From contig CP068257.2 of assembly GCA_009914755.4 (NCBI GenBank), positions 42,624,001-42,688,000 of the forward strand: a DNA stretch of 64,000 bases, read 5' to 3'. The notes beneath the pieces are model-generated. The model saw only the letters and a program-made list of their open reading frames with translations, had not been told where the DNA came from and searched no databases. This DNA comes from the human T2T-CHM13v2.0 reference genome, Homo sapiens. Position numbers and translations under genes: made by a program. Of the stretch, positions 61,141-64,000 are shown piece after piece. How positions within the stretch are numbered: the stretch's first letter is position 1; each line of letters opens with the position of its first letter.

Positions 61141-61898
61141 CTACAGATGGCAGCTCCTGGAGAGCCCGGCACTTACTTCACCTGTGGGGCGCCCTCCCGG
61201 CACCCTGGGGCTCCCCAGCTGTAACACCTTCCACCCAGGGCTTCAGGGGCAGGGTGGGGGGCACCCGAACACACAAATGCCGGGGGAGAGCTCCTGACCA
61301 TGGGGTCAGGCCCTGTGCCGGATGGCAGATGCCTAACAGAGATCACATCCCGATGCCCCCACCACAGGCACCAGCAGCGGGTGTGATCTGCCAAGCAGGA
61401 GAGAAGTGCCCAGCTTCTGTCAAATGCGTTCGTGACCCGCTGCCAACTGCCCTGGGAGGCGCCGGCGTCTCACTGCAGAGTCAGCCCTGTGGCCCCTCCA
61501 CGGCCCCCAGGCCCAAGGCCATACGGGCACTGATGGCCGTGCCCACAAACCATTCCAGTCACTGTGGCCCTAGGCCACCCCCCCCACCAGGGGCTCCCTG
61601 CACCTCACGAGCTCTGGTGCTGTGAGCCTTCTCTGTGCCAGGGCACGGGGCCTGGCTCACCCCCTCTCCTGCTCCCTGGCACATCCGCTGTTGGGCAAAA
61701 CATGGACCTGCCACTGAAATCACTACCTGGGCACTGAGTCACTCCCAGAGAATATGGATGAGAACAGACACTCCCCCCGGATAATCCCTGTCCCTCACTT
61801 CCCAGAGACGCAGCTCACGGGAAGCCCCATTCACTCCCCGTGGGAGGACCCTGGGGGACAGGGATGGGCTGCGGAGTCCCCGCTGCCCTCCAGCCTCA

Positions 61899-62234
<336 letters not shown>

Positions 62235-62919
62235 TCACTGTCCCATCCCCAGCCTGGCACAGGCTGACACACAACAGATGGTGGAGGGCTGCTCAGGAAT
62301 CTCAACACCAGCCTTGGCCAGAAGCAAATACTCCTCAAAACCTCAACTACGACACAATAGAAAAAGGAACAGACCATATTGAATTTATTCCATTTCTCTC
62401 ATATATCAATTTCCCTGAAGTTTATATTATTAATATCAATAAAATTGTCTGGGAGAAAATAGTGGTGTCCGTATACCTGACAAGGATGAGACACTAGTGT
62501 GCTGAGAATGCCAAGGATGAACAAACAGCATGAAACCACAGCCTGGAAAACTGTGTCGGTGCTGGCGCTGGCTAGAGGAGGCACGAGCGCCTCCAATAGG
62601 TGGAGCGCAGCAGCAGGCACTGCGGTGCTGGGACGGCCCCTCCCCACGGCAGGGGCGCGATGGCACCGCCACCCTAGGTTCACAGTGGCCCGTGGAGCCT
62701 GCCCAGTCCCTGTGGACCAGTGCGATGCTGCTTGCCAGATACTGACGCCCCCGCTCGCCATGGCGCATGGCGATGGTCAGAGCAGGGCTGCTACTCACAG
62801 AAGCAAAAGAAGGAACCCTTTTGCTTTGCTACCAGGTCCTGCGGTCGTTGGGGGATACCCAAACTGTCAGTCCCAGGAGGGACCCTACGCTGCGCTGCTG
62901 CATTCGGGTGGCGGGATCA

Positions 62920-63339
<420 letters not shown>

Positions 63340-64000
63340 TCAGCGAGGGACGTGGCCAGGGCCCCCAGGGCCACCTCTCAATCCCCACCCCCAGTAAAAG
63401 GCACTCATGGGACCTGTGTCCCTGCCCTCTCCTGAGAAGCCTAAATCGGATGTCACAAGTCACGTGCAGCAGGACCTGGGCCGAGGAGAGAGCTGTAGGA
63501 AGGCCAGGCCCTGAACTCAAAGGCGGACTGGGGTGGACCCCACCAGCAACAGCCCCTTGGCCCGACGCTCCACATCAGCTCCTCAGGGCGCTAGAGTGCG
63601 GGAGGTGGGGGATGTGGCCCTCCTTCACAGGTGAGGAAAATTAAGGCCTCTCAGGGGACATATCATGTTGCCCCAAAGCAGGGAGCGGCCAGAAAAACTC
63701 ATGGCAAAAACTAGGAGCCAGCTCCACGTGACATGGGAGTGAGCACGGACCTTCCAAACCCCCACTTGAGGGCGGCAACACTGGGGATGGGCCTCATTTC
63801 CATTCTACAGAACGTGGACGCGTCAGAGAAGAGAAACAGCAGGCCTGGAGCGGGGACCTGCAGGCTTTACCCTGCAGCGTGGGGTCCGTCCCCTCCACAA
63901 GCGAACACGCGGAGCCGCTCCCGCAGGCCCTCAAAGGCGCGGAGCCAGGGCCCCCTGCCTGGAGGGCTGCACTCGCGTCCGGCAGGCGCCTCAGAAGGGC

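Overview
This is human genomic DNA, not prokaryotic: it has dense Alu/L1 content, GT-AG introns and CpG-island promoters. The protein matches identify it as the chromosome 21q22.3 AIRE-PFKL-CFAP410 interval. From memory this is roughly chr21:44.27-44.33 Mb in GRCh38; I could not verify that here.

Layout of the window:
- 1-15.9 kb: repeat-rich DNMT3L-AIRE intergenic DNA (Alus, an L1 with nested Alus, an LTR12/ERV9 solo LTR, an old MER-type element).
- 15.85-27.99 kb: the complete AIRE gene on the + strand. All 14 coding exons were reconstructed with canonical splice sites and sum to exactly 546 codons (545 aa plus stop).
- About 2.1 kb downstream: a TATA-less CpG-island promoter, then the complete PFKL gene on the + strand. 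All 22 coding exons sum to exactly 781 codons (780 aa plus stop), with an AATAAA polyadenylation signal at 57389.
- 59.95-64.0 kb: the 3' four coding exons and 3'UTR of CFAP410 (C21orf2) on the - strand, convergent with PFKL.

I found no evidence of any novel or undescribed system. The most useful non-genic observations are:
- An antisense LTR12 insertion 2.1-3.0 kb upstream of AIRE, with a short unique AP-1-containing segment next to it that may correspond to the AIRE -3 kb enhancer.
- Three long degenerate CA-, GT- and CACCC-rich tracts that each begin within about 30 nt of a 5' splice site (AIRE intron 11, PFKL introns 3 and 9).
- Several minisatellites.
- An Alu interrupted by a 17-nt poly-C run between AIRE and PFKL.

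The long GC-rich ORFs in the supplied six-frame track are compositional artefacts. Exon boundaries were set by hand-matching remembered protein sequence and GT/AG dinucleotides, so they may be off by 1-2 nt. Repeat boundaries are approximate.
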